DNA from: Candidatus Magasanikiibacteriota bacterium
GTDB taxonomy: Bacteria > Patescibacteriota > Patescibacteriia > Magasanikbacterales > GWA2-37-8
Reading direction: 5' to 3'
Length of the DNA stretch: 63,805 nucleotides
Assembly: GCA_041666265.1 (NCBI GenBank)
Contig: JBAYHH010000004.1
Location: 1 to 63,805, forward strand
Under the pieces are notes generated by a model. It was not told the DNA's origin and ran no database searches. It was given only the letters and a program-made list of their open reading frames with translations. This document shows positions 9,468-18,417 of the stretch, one piece after another. The position numbers and the translations under genes were made by a program. Within the stretch, counting starts at the first letter, position 1. The number at the start of each line of letters is the position of its first letter.

Positions 9468-10682
9468 TTAAAGTTTAGGTGTTGCGCCATATGCTCCAGC
9501 AATATACTTTGAATAATAATTATCATCAGCACGAACACCAGACATATCATCCAAACGCCATGCTTCGCTTTTCCCATCAATATTTTTTTCAGTCAAAATA
9601 ATTTGATATTTATCAAGATTATTTAGAACACGGTGACTATGTGTACTAAATAATAATTGAGCATTATTGGGATTAGTATCAGGTTGAACAAATAATTCAA
9701 ATAGAGTCGAAACGATCTCTGGGTGCAAATTAACATCAAACTCGTCTAAGACAGCGACCCCCCCATTTGACAATGCTAACAAAATTGATTTTAACAAAAC
9801 AAATAATTGTTTTGTCCCAGAGGATTCATATTCCATTGGTAAAATTACATTATTACCACTAAAAGAATGGGCAACTTCCACATCTATCGAGAAGCCCTTA
9901 TCTTTTTTCTCTTTTTTAATTTTAAAAGAATTCAATCCTAAATCAAATTTAGAGAGTAATTTTTCCGCCCGTTTTTTTATTTCTTCATTATTTGACTCAC
10001 TATAAAAAACTAGAGTTTCCAACAACTGTCGCATTGGATCAGAAATCAACCGGTCTCCCACCCAACCAGCTTCCACAACATTGGTTTCAACCTTTTGCCA
10101 ATAATTCAAAATGTCTTGGCTTTCTTTGTGATTAAAACGAACAGCTACACTGATAACACTGGCGTTAGAGCGCAATGAATTAACAAATTCCTTTGGTAAA
10201 TTAAAAGCATTATCATCTAACTCATAACTTTTTGTTTCCTCATTCCATTGCCGAGAAAAAACTTTTTTACTAGTTACCTTTTGCGTGCTTTTGTTTTTAA
10301 CTTTTAGCTCCTCGTTAATAATTTGTTTTTCAGACAAAACAAAACTATAAGTATAAACATCACCACTAATTTCAAAATCTGCCGACAACTCTATTGGCTT
10401 ATCTTTGTTTGAGCCGAACATAAATGGTTTGACAGGCAAAGGGGCGGTAGGATTCATATTGAAGGAATCAGCAATCAGCCACTTTAAAAACGGCAATACC
10501 TTTAGAATATTAGTCTTTCCTGAAGCATTGGGACCTATTACGGTTTCAATTTTTGAAAGACGTGCGCCCGATGGGGCTAGAAAATAACCATAATTATCCG
10601 GGGCTTTGTCGTTTACAACAAAACTAACGGTCGTGAGATCGCCAAAAGAATAAAAATTTTTACACGATAATGAGTGTATCAT
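9468..10682 (-). CDS. AAA_21/ABC-type ATPase, AbiLi-/RloA-like
   Basis: Walker A GPNASGKTN, Walker B VAVLDEFDVNLHP and a following FSTHS motif, with a long insertion between them as in OLD/AAA_21 ATPases. Confidence 0.75.
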   Translation of the reverse strand: MIHSLSCKNFYSFGDLTTVSFVVNDKAPDNYGYFLAPSGARLSKIETVIGPNASGKTNILKVLPFLKWLIADSFNMNPTAPLPVKPFMFGSNKDKPIELSADFEISGDVYTYSFVLSEKQIINEELKVKNKSTQKVTSKKVFSRQWNEETKSYELDDNAFNLPKEFVNSLRSNASVISVAVRFNHKESQDILNYWQKVETNVVEAGWVGDRLISDPMRQLLETLVFYSESNNEEIKKRAEKLLSKFDLGLNSFKIKKEKKDKGFSIDVEVAHSFSGNNVILPMEYESSGTKQLFVLLKSILLALSNGGVAVLDEFDVNLHPEIVSTLFELFVQPDTNPNNAQLLFSTHSHRVLNNLDKYQIILTEKNIDGKSEAWRLDDMSGVRADDNYYSKYIAGAYGATPKL

Positions 10683-11050
10683 ATTGTTTAAATTAAAAAT
10701 TATTCTTTTCTTGATTATTTATTTTGGCTATTAAGGCAGTTGTTTTTACTACGGATTGGTATATCTGTTTCATATGCATAATTAAATGATTATTTATTAA
10801 TAACGATAATAAAGCGACCACATTAAATTTTAATACACATATAAACTTTAAAGAACAACTAATTTTTACTGCCGACAGCCCTATGAATAATAGCCAAAGT
10901 AAATAATCTATTTTTTAACTTATCGAACCTTAGTACTTATATGGTATCAAATTCACAGATATATGTCAATATCCTACGAAATTTTGTAGATTATGCGTTT
11001 ATAGATAGTGTTTTAGCCACTTTTTAATCATTAACTCTCGCGATAAAATA

Positions 11051-11110
11051 AAGTTATCCACAGATAAATATGTAAAATTGTGGTCATTTCAGCCCTAAAA
11101 GTTATCTACA
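11051..11110 (+). promoter_or_regulatory. Pair of DnaA-box-like 12-mers upstream of serine recombinase 1
   Basis: aagTTATCCACA at 11051-11062 and aagTTATCTACA at 11099-11110. The same extended motif occurs at 3259-3270(-), 34099-34110(-) and 61433-61441(+). Confidence 0.35.
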
Positions 11111-11196
11111 GCTACCACTTGGGACACTCTGGACTCCTTCTGACCTTCGCGTCATCAATGTGTTAGAGAGAAATTAAGCTATTTAAAGCAAAATAT

Positions 11197-12543
11197 ATGA
11201 CTTATGGGGCAAAATATGGCCTTTCCGCCGGCCCAATGACGGAAATCAAGCCAAGAGAGGTCTTAGTACCCTCTCCCACTAAATATTGCTTGTATGCGAG
11301 GAAATCAACGGAATCAGAGGAAAGACAGGTGCTTTCCATAGATTCTCAGGTAAAAGAGATGCTCCAGCTGGCGGAAAAAGAGGGTCTTCTGGTGACGGAC
11401 ATAAAAAGAGAGTCGCACTCGGCTAAGGAGACCGGACAAAGACCGGTCTTTAACGAACTGATTGAAGATCTGAGACAAGGCAAATTTAATGGCATCCTAA
11501 CATGGGCACCAGATCGTATTAGTAGAAATGCTGGCGATTTGGGCAAGGTGGTGGATATGATGGATAGCGGAGTCTTAAGGGAGATACGAACTTACGGACA
11601 GAAATTTAGCAACAACCCCAATGAAAAATTTTTACTGATGATTTTGGGGTCGCAAGCCAAACTGGAAAATGACAATAGGGGCATTAATGTAAAGCGTGGT
11701 CTGCGAACAAGAGTAGAGATGGGATTGTGGCCAGGAGTGGCACCGCTTGGATATTTAAACCAAAAATTGATGGATAAAAAATGTCAGGTTATAGTTGATC
11801 CTTTGCGCGCACCAGCAATTAAAAAAATGTTTGAAAAAGTCGCGTATGAACATTGCTCAGGAAGAAAAATATATAACTGGTTAAAACATGAACTAAATTT
11901 CTACACTCGTGGAAACAAACCATTAACACTGGCCGGAGTTTATAGAATACTTGATAACAGTTTTTATTACGGGGTATTTGAAAGTCCAAGGGGAAGTGGA
12001 AATTGGTACACTGGGAAACATGAACCATTAATAACTCAAGAGTTATTTGAAAAAGCCAGAGCGCATTTAAAAAGAGATCAGATAGTTAGAGAAAATAAAG
12101 AATTCGCTTTCACGAAATTATTTACTTGCGGATACTGCGGTAGTGGGATATCCGCCGAAGAAAAATATAAACAACTTAAAGACGGAACGCACGCGAGATA
12201 CATTTACTATTCATGTAGTCGAGCGAGAGATAGAAATTGTAAGAATAAGTATATACGAGAAGAAGAATTGATTACCGAACTACTAAAAATATTAGATAAA
12301 GTAAACATCAACGAGCTTGGAATGAGACAAAGATTGGAAGACGAAATTTCAAGGTTTAATATATTCCAAAGATCAGTGCTTGGTAGCACCGACAAAGTAA
12401 AAGCTCCAAAAGAAACTGACATCAGAAACTATGCGAAGTATATATTGAAAGAAGGATCAGTGAGTGAAAAAAGAGAACTGCTTGGGAACTTAAGATCAAG
12501 AATAAAATACCAAGATAAATTATTGACTCTGCTGGAAGAATAA
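11197..12543 (+). CDS. Large serine recombinase (copy 1)
   Basis: Resolvase catalytic N-terminus (YARKSTESEERQVLSIDSQ), recombinase domain (GVAPLGYLN) and a Cys-rich zinc module (CGYCGSG...YYSCS). Paralogous to 18418..19896. Confidence 0.85.
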   Translation: MTYGAKYGLSAGPMTEIKPREVLVPSPTKYCLYARKSTESEERQVLSIDSQVKEMLQLAEKEGLLVTDIKRESHSAKETGQRPVFNELIEDLRQGKFNGILTWAPDRISRNAGDLGKVVDMMDSGVLREIRTYGQKFSNNPNEKFLLMILGSQAKLENDNRGINVKRGLRTRVEMGLWPGVAPLGYLNQKLMDKKCQVIVDPLRAPAIKKMFEKVAYEHCSGRKIYNWLKHELNFYTRGNKPLTLAGVYRILDNSFYYGVFESPRGSGNWYTGKHEPLITQELFEKARAHLKRDQIVRENKEFAFTKLFTCGYCGSGISAEEKYKQLKDGTHARYIYYSCSRARDRNCKNKYIREEELITELLKILDKVNINELGMRQRLEDEISRFNIFQRSVLGSTDKVKAPKETDIRNYAKYILKEGSVSEKRELLGNLRSRIKYQDKLLTLLEE

Positions 12544-12544
12544 C

Positions 12545-12574
12545 AAAAATACACGATCATCTCGTGTATTTTTG
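12545..12574 (+). terminator. Rho-independent terminator
   Basis: aaaaatacacga-tcatc-tcgtgtattttt directly after the recombinase stop. Confidence 0.7.
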
Positions 12575-12583
12575 TTTAACTAT

Positions 12584-13051
12584 TTAGATATTTATAGCCT
12601 GTTTAATTGCGGTTTCCAGTTCACTAGAAAAGTCTGTTCCTATACGATAAATTTTCCCATTCTTCATTACTATTTCAACTGCATCAAAACCAGAAACATT
12701 GTAAATACGCATGCGTGGCCAAAACCAACATCGTATACCCCAGCCGTAATACCAGTGATTCTTTACTTGCTTGGCTGATACTATTTCACTAAGCAGAAAA
12801 CTTTTCTTGAAAATCCCATAACCAAATTTAACCCGAAGATATTTACCATCAATAGATGTCGTTAGTGTAGTGACCGAGGCAAGGACAAACAGAACCAATA
12901 CCATTATGGATGTAACGAGAAAATTTGCGCCAGAATTGACCGATGGCAGCTCGGATCTAACCGTAATCTGAGCCCAAGCAAAAATAACCAGCACGGCCAA
13001 TGTGACTACTATCATCAGATATCCGATTTGAGTGTGTTTATATGGGGTCAT
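12584..13051 (-). CDS. Hypothetical membrane protein with PH-like C-terminal region
   Basis: 155 aa: two N-terminal TM helices, then a soluble tail. Confidence 0.5.
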   Translation of the reverse strand: MTPYKHTQIGYLMIVVTLAVLVIFAWAQITVRSELPSVNSGANFLVTSIMVLVLFVLASVTTLTTSIDGKYLRVKFGYGIFKKSFLLSEIVSAKQVKNHWYYGWGIRCWFWPRMRIYNVSGFDAVEIVMKNGKIYRIGTDFSSELETAIKQAINI

Positions 13052-13057
13052 AAATTA

Positions 13058-13861
13058 TTATTTAACTGACTGAATGATTTTATCCGCTGTCGAGTCAATA
13101 TCAAAAGCTTCTCTTTCGCTGGTACAAGATTTACTTTGTTCTTCGTCGTAATTATTGCAATTAGGATATTGCAGAGCAAAGCTAACTTTTATTAGTTTAT
13201 CATTCTTGGTGGTGGTATAGGTATATGATGCATAAACACTGCCAGCCGCGCCTTCGTGCTTAACATTCACGCAATAGGTTCGGTCATCAACCAACCTCTC
13301 TGAAGTTATATCAGACATACTGCTTACTTCCATTGGCGTGGTTTTGCAGGAATATTCGCCTATCTCAATTTTAATAACTGGTGGCCACTCTGCAATGCTG
13401 ATATATTTTGCCAGCAATTCTTTGGGATATTGAAATGTTATACCCTGATCGTTGGTGATTGTAGTCCATAAATCGTTATCAGTTTTAGTGGTACTGTCAG
13501 ACATAGTCCAAATTGTATAAAACCGGCTATACTGCCGTCTGGTCAAAACAACAGTCTTGCCAGATGACTTATAGAAATAGCCCGATCCCATTTGATCCGT
13601 ATATTCATAACCTCTGTCTTTCATGAAAGCATCGACTGTCTTGGGTCCACCTTGGCTTTTCGTCAGATATTTGTTATCCGAGCCGGACAATTTAACCATA
13701 TCCGATCCGCCGAATGTCAACTGAGAGATAGCTTTAATCTCCGGCCAAGGATCGCCTTCTTGAAGGACAACCTTGGAGTAATTATAAATCAACGCCCCAA
13801 GAGCAAAGCTGATAATAGCGATAATTATTGCTTTGTTTTTAAATAGATTTTTGAAAATCAT
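13058..13861 (-). CDS. Hypothetical membrane-anchored/secreted protein
   Basis: 267 aa with an N-terminal TM anchor. Confidence 0.5.
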   Translation of the reverse strand: MIFKNLFKNKAIIIAIISFALGALIYNYSKVVLQEGDPWPEIKAISQLTFGGSDMVKLSGSDNKYLTKSQGGPKTVDAFMKDRGYEYTDQMGSGYFYKSSGKTVVLTRRQYSRFYTIWTMSDSTTKTDNDLWTTITNDQGITFQYPKELLAKYISIAEWPPVIKIEIGEYSCKTTPMEVSSMSDITSERLVDDRTYCVNVKHEGAAGSVYASYTYTTTKNDKLIKVSFALQYPNCNNYDEEQSKSCTSEREAFDIDSTADKIIQSVK

Positions 13862-14046
13862 AGATTATTATTTTTCTTTCTACTCATAATCGCAATAACA
13901 ACCGTGACAATAATTAAAATAAGACCTATTCCTTGTAATCCTGGACTGTCATCATATCCGCCAAATATAATAAAGAATACTCCGAGTAATATTGTTGAGA
14001 TTGAAAGTATTATTTTGATATATTTATTCATATTTTTTATACCCAC
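13858..14046 (-). CDS. Small membrane protein
   Basis: 62 aa with 2 TM. Its stop overlaps the downstream gene start. Confidence 0.4.
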   Translation of the reverse strand: MGIKNMNKYIKIILSISTILLGVFFIIFGGYDDSPGLQGIGLILIIVTVVIAIMSRKKNNNL

Positions 14047-14374
14047 CTATCAGATACAAAATTCCTGGAATTATAGGTACAGCTAAGTTGATGCTAAGAT
14101 TTGCATCTGTCAAAAGCCCGACTACAAAACCGACCGTAATTGCGATAATAATAAGCCAGCCTGCAACTTTCGGGTATTTCCAACCAAGCGCTAAACCAAT
14201 AAAAACCAAAGGCATCATGGATAAGACAACATTCTCCCATAGAGAATAATTTGGATTAGCAAATGGCAGTGGATTGCCGTAACCGAAATAAAACGGCAAA
14301 GCAAATATTAAAATGCATAAAGCGATTATTCGAGCTAACCATTTAATTGTTTTCATATAGTTTAGATTAATCAA
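14024..14374 (-). CDS. Hypothetical membrane protein
   Basis: 116 aa with 4 TM. Confidence 0.45.
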   Translation of the reverse strand: MINLNYMKTIKWLARIIALCILIFALPFYFGYGNPLPFANPNYSLWENVVLSMMPLVFIGLALGWKYPKVAGWLIIIAITVGFVVGLLTDANLSINLAVPIIPGILYLIGGYKKYE

Positions 14375-14484
14375 AAATATGTTGATAGCCTAAAGTAATT
14401 ATACCAAAAAATCGCCCAAAGAGCGATTTTTCTTAAAGCACTCGGGTCGCCCATTTCTCTATACAAAATGGGTCTATCCGATAC

Positions 14485-14508
14485 TTTTTCATCATGGCGG
14501 AGAGGGTG
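14485..14508. repeat. Left direct repeat / displaced tRNA-Ser 3'-end relic (att-like)
   Basis: tttttcatcatgGCGGAGAGGGTG versus ttttttatcagtGCGGAGAGGGTG at 19872-19895: 21/24 identical, with a 12/12 core matching the tRNA-Ser acceptor 3' end. Confidence 0.65.
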
Positions 14509-14555
14509 GGACGATGTTGGACTGTATTTAACGTCGAACCACCCAAACCATTTAT

Positions 14556-15029
14556 TTACAATCCTAAAAGTTGTTTTTTCTTTGAGTTAAATTCTTCGTC
14601 GTTAATAATGCCTTTTTCTTTAAGAGAGGCTAATTTTTCGAGTTCGTCCAAATTACTTACCACTCTTGGTCTGTCATTAAAACTTATTTTTTCTTCAATT
14701 AAAGTTTTGGCCTCACTGAAAAGCTCATTGTTATTACCTCCAAATGCTGAATGAAAGTTGATTGAATTTTCATCTGTTGCAGATTGGAAAAGACCACTTT
14801 TAGCTTCTGAACCACCTTTGAGAGTAAGCTGTATGTACCCAGCTGTCATTCCAGCTTTTTTAAATTGAACAGCGACAATACTACTATATGGTATTGTTTT
14901 TTCACCTCGCAACATTCCACCGCCCAATAAAAAACCTTTCACTCCGCGTTTAATTATCACCCCTGTATCAGTGAGGATTAAAGTTCCGTTGTAGCCCTTA
15001 AATTCTTTGTGATTTTGATTGTCGCTCAT
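14556..15029 (-). CDS. PH-like (DUF4429-type) + SHOCT domain protein
   Basis: The C-terminal LDELEKLASLKEKGIINDEEFNSKKKQLLGL is a classic SHOCT motif. Confidence 0.65.
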   Translation of the reverse strand: MSDNQNHKEFKGYNGTLILTDTGVIIKRGVKGFLLGGGMLRGEKTIPYSSIVAVQFKKAGMTAGYIQLTLKGGSEAKSGLFQSATDENSINFHSAFGGNNNELFSEAKTLIEEKISFNDRPRVVSNLDELEKLASLKEKGIINDEEFNSKKKQLLGL

Positions 15030-15050
15030 ATATTTTTTTAGTTTGGTTCA

Positions 15051-15758
15051 CTAATCATTAAGGTGTTGAATGGCGTAGTCTGCCTCTGATTGCGTGAACT
15101 TTTCGCCATACGCCGAAGTGAGCTGATCACGAATGCCAGCTGGGGACATATTCATAGTGTTTTGATAGGTCTTTGCCTTAGCTAATGCGTTTGCATTCCA
15201 ATCGGCTTTTACATTGTCGATTGCATACTGTGCGGCGGCGGCCGAAAACTTCTCGCCATATTCTGAAACTAACTGATCGTAAACACTCCTTTTAGACATG
15301 TGCATTGTGTTGGCGTATGAAGTAGCTTTGTTGAGGGCAGATTTATACTCGGTTGGTACGACTTCCTGTTTGACTTGAGTTGGTGCTGGTGTAGGTGTCG
15401 GGATAGGTGCCTGTGTTTTTACGGGTGCGGTTTTTGTTTCTGTTTTTGTAGGGGTCGGAGTAGATACTTCTATTTTATTTTTTTCTTCTACCGCTGGCGT
15501 GGTGGTTGTATTATTTAACACATTCTGAGTATTCTCCGCAACTGGTTGTTTTACAATTTGATTATCGTTCTTTTTTGAAGAATCGGCTGTAATTCCAACC
15601 AACACAAATAAAGCAATGGCTGAAATACCAAAAATCTTTCCAATTCTTTTTCTTGTTAGCTCACCCTTAATGAATCGAGAGAAAGCCGTTGGCTTGATAA
15701 GCCCAACAACCAAACAAACGAGCGAGACGAGAAACAATAATCCGAATAGATTGTTCAT
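15051..15758 (-). CDS. Ltp-family (phage superinfection-exclusion-type) surface protein
   Basis: N-terminal TM/signal, a Thr/Pro-rich linker, then two tandem Ltp-like repeats (YKSALNKATSYANTMHMSKRSVYDQLVSEYGEKFS..AQYAI and ALAKAKTYQNTMNMSPAGIRDQLTSAYGEKFT..ADYAI). Confidence 0.7.
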   Translation of the reverse strand: MNNLFGLLFLVSLVCLVVGLIKPTAFSRFIKGELTRKRIGKIFGISAIALFVLVGITADSSKKNDNQIVKQPVAENTQNVLNNTTTTPAVEEKNKIEVSTPTPTKTETKTAPVKTQAPIPTPTPAPTQVKQEVVPTEYKSALNKATSYANTMHMSKRSVYDQLVSEYGEKFSAAAAQYAIDNVKADWNANALAKAKTYQNTMNMSPAGIRDQLTSAYGEKFTQSEADYAIQHLND

Positions 15759-16074
15759 ATTTTATATTAAATGAATTATTTTAATAATGACATATTTTAA
15801 AGGTAAAAGCAATGTTAGAAAACACAAAAGGCTACGTGTCTTCTGGCGATCCCTTGCGGAATCCAACAGCCTTTCGACTGCTGACTACATGAATAATACC
15901 AGAGACGGCGTAGCCATCTCTATATTCATGTAGTATTTGCGACCATGCCCTATTTTTTAGGTAGAGTTTAGGTCTATAAATTGTTGGGTATATCTTATCA
16001 AATAATGGCTGAAAAATCAAGGAAAATACCCCACATTACAATCGATTGTCAAAATGGTATAATATAAGCCCAGT

Positions 16075-16869
16075 ATGAAAAACACCCAAATAATAGACAA
16101 AATAAGTCAAATAGAGCGAGAATTTCAAACAGAAAACAACTGTTTGAAAAAGCTCGTTATACTCCATAGCTATATGGATTTTTTAAAGACGGACAATGCT
16201 TTGAAAACCATGTTTGAAAAGGAAAACAGCCAAACAGAAACGACCCTTAATTCCATGCTTTCGGGATCAACCACTTTTGCCGATTTTAATATTCAAACAG
16301 GTAAAACTAATATTGATAATAACTCAATATTCTTTTACTGCTTTTTAGACGCAATGTATAAAACAATGGAAGAATACAAGGTTTTGACGGATAAAGACAA
16401 AATAGAAAAGTTTAAACAAAATGTTGAACTGGCTTTTAAAGACCCAATGCAAAATATGGTTTACAATATGGCTTTTTCTGTTTTGAATAAAAAGATAATC
16501 AATGAATTAAGTACCGAGGATTTTATCAAAGGCAGTAAAGACAACACATATTTTGACAAAGAACAAAGTGTTTTACATATCAAAGGCAAAGAAGTAAAAA
16601 TCAAGCGAAAAGCTGATTTGCCGATTGAACATTACATTTTGGAATGTTTGTTTGACCAAGAGGATAAAACCGAAGAAGTGTATTACCAAGATGTTGCCAA
16701 AGATAAGTTAAATGAATTGGAATACGACAGCTCGACCGACTGGAAAACATATCATAAGGCGTGCCAGCGATTACAAGACAAAATACGGATTGACGCACAA
16801 ATTGACGACTTCATTATCTTCACCACCGGCAAGACCGGCAATGTAAAAATCAATAACGATTATCTCTAA
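16075..16869 (+). CDS. Hypothetical protein (element cargo)
   Basis: 264-aa ORF preceded by an extended -10 (tgGTATAAT at about 16056). No recognisable domain. Confidence 0.5.
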   Translation: MKNTQIIDKISQIEREFQTENNCLKKLVILHSYMDFLKTDNALKTMFEKENSQTETTLNSMLSGSTTFADFNIQTGKTNIDNNSIFFYCFLDAMYKTMEEYKVLTDKDKIEKFKQNVELAFKDPMQNMVYNMAFSVLNKKIINELSTEDFIKGSKDNTYFDKEQSVLHIKGKEVKIKRKADLPIEHYILECLFDQEDKTEEVYYQDVAKDKLNELEYDSSTDWKTYHKACQRLQDKIRIDAQIDDFIIFTTGKTGNVKINNDYL

Positions 16870-16999
16870 AAATTCCCCCAAACAGTAAGCGAAACAAGGC
16901 TTAAACAAAACACTTCCAAGACTTCCCCCATTTCTTCCCTGTAAGATGAGGGAAGTCTTTTTTTATACACTTACCGCATAATTTTTGTGCGGTTTTTTT

Positions 17000-17152
17000 G
17001 TGTTTACATACCCCGAACAATTAAAGGCGGAATGTAAAGCATATTTCAAAGAGATGTGTAATGTTGAGATTTCCGACGAAACCGCCGATATGTATTTAGA
17101 TAATTTGGCTAGATTCTATCGGGCAATGGAAAACATCGCAAAAGACGATTAG
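17000..17152 (+). CDS. Possible small ORF (50 aa, GTG start)
   Basis: My own translation: VFTYPEQLKAECKAYFKEMCNVEISDETADMYLDNLARFYRAMENIAKDD*. Not in the ORF track. Weak support. Confidence 0.2.
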   Translation: MFTYPEQLKAECKAYFKEMCNVEISDETADMYLDNLARFYRAMENIAKDD

Positions 17153-17165
17153 CTTAATTTTATTC

Positions 17166-17294
17166 AAAGGGTATTTCGCTTTTTTGGGAATGCCCGTAGG
17201 GCAGACCAAAAAACGAATACCTTTATAAATTAAGAAATGATTTTAAAGTTTTCTCGCCCCGCCCAAACCTGCCTGATTTGGGCGAGGGCGAGAA
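17166..17294 (+). promoter_or_regulatory. Two hairpins upstream of rep (candidate origin/operator)
   Basis: aaagggtatttcgcttttttgg (17166-17187) pairs with ccaaaaaacgaataccttt (17206-17224). ttctcgccccgcccaaa (17251-17267) pairs with tttgggcgagggcgagaa (17277-17294). Confidence 0.4.
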
Positions 17295-17370
17295 ACAACG
17301 CTTACTCATTAACTGGATTATATGTACATATTTGGACGCAAAATTAAACTATTATTTTATTTCAACAAGT

Positions 17371-18252
17371 ATGATTGAAGTTTACGATTTCAAAGTGATT
17401 GTTTCTGGTCGTGAGATCGAAACTTATCACTACAAAACTAAAAAAATATTTCGTGGCTACGGCAAGAAAAAGAAGATTGAAGAAGTCGAGGCCGAGGTGT
17501 GCGAAAAAAGAGAAGAAAAAATCAGTCCCGAAGACTGGGCGGAAATTGTGGAAGAATGGGGTTGTGAAGAAGAAAAAGAAAAACTGCACCGAGAACAAGC
17601 CGAGGCGAAAGAAAAACAAAATCTAAAAACACAATCGTCAATCTGTCGCACCCGAACAAACATCAGAAGACTAACCAATGCTAACCCACACCTTAATAAT
17701 TTTTTGACGCTCACTTTTGCCAAGTCTATGCCAAACCTCGAACCTGCCAATAATCTATTTCATTTGTTTATTAAACGGATTACTCGCAAATACCCGAATT
17801 TTGAATATATCGCCGTCAATGAATTTCAGAAAGATACCTACTATGACGGCCGAGTTAAGCCTGAGGGCGGATCTGTTCATTATCATTTGCTTTGCAATCT
17901 AGGGGCAAAATATACCACTAAAGAAGAACTGTTTGCGTGGGAAAGACGCTTTGCTTTGAAGTATTGGCAAAATGGATTTATTAAAATTAAAGAAGTAAGC
18001 CAAATTACAAATATGGGGGCATATTTCTGTAAATACTTAGGCAAAGATATGTTTGATAAGCGAATGTTTAGAAAGAAAAAGTTTTTTTGCTCCCGAACTT
18101 TACAAAGACCAGTTGAGCTGACGGGTGATAAAGCAATCAGTTTTTTCAATCGGTTTGTGAAGTCGAACAAACCGATCTTTGAAAAAACTTTTAATAGCGA
18201 GTATGTGGGCGAAGTTGACTACTCCGCCTATACACTTGAAAAAATACCTTAA
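17371..18252 (+). CDS. Rolling-circle replication initiator (HUH Rep, two-tyrosine phiX174-A-like type)
   Basis: Motif 1 FLTLTF, motif 2 HYHLL (HUH), motif 3 YFCKYLGK (Y-x3-Y then K). Start moved to MIEVYDF at 17371 because the track start at 17278 lies inside a hairpin. The N-terminal part is Lys/Glu-rich low complexity. Confidence 0.75.
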   Translation: MIEVYDFKVIVSGREIETYHYKTKKIFRGYGKKKKIEEVEAEVCEKREEKISPEDWAEIVEEWGCEEEKEKLHREQAEAKEKQNLKTQSSICRTRTNIRRLTNANPHLNNFLTLTFAKSMPNLEPANNLFHLFIKRITRKYPNFEYIAVNEFQKDTYYDGRVKPEGGSVHYHLLCNLGAKYTTKEELFAWERRFALKYWQNGFIKIKEVSQITNMGAYFCKYLGKDMFDKRMFRKKKFFCSRTLQRPVELTGDKAISFFNRFVKSNKPIFEKTFNSEYVGEVDYSAYTLEKIP

Positions 18253-18269
18253 TATGATAAGCTATAAGC

Positions 18270-18379
18270 GATTACCCAGCGAACAACTAAATAGCAAAAG
18301 CTTTTGTTTTATATTTGTCCCCAAAAAGGGGCGGTTCTTGCCGACAAATATAGCTTTTGCTGTATTTCGTTGGGTAATC
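18270..18379. repeat. About 110-bp imperfect palindrome between rep and the recombinase
   Basis: gattaccca/tgggtaatc, atagcaaaagct/agcttttgct and atatttgtc/gacaaatat arms with a central cccc-aaaaa-gggg mini-hairpin. Confidence 0.6.
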
Positions 18380-18417
18380 CAAGTGCCGTCCCTTTTTGTT
18401 TTTAATCATTTTAATAT

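Larger units (their letters stand above)
3819..12543. mobile_element. Phage-derived island segment (methylases, TerS/TerL, Abi-like operon, serine recombinase); boundaries undetermined
   Basis: Gene content as listed in the individual features. No capsid, portal or tail genes. AT-rich like the rest of bases 1-19.9 kb. Confidence 0.5.
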
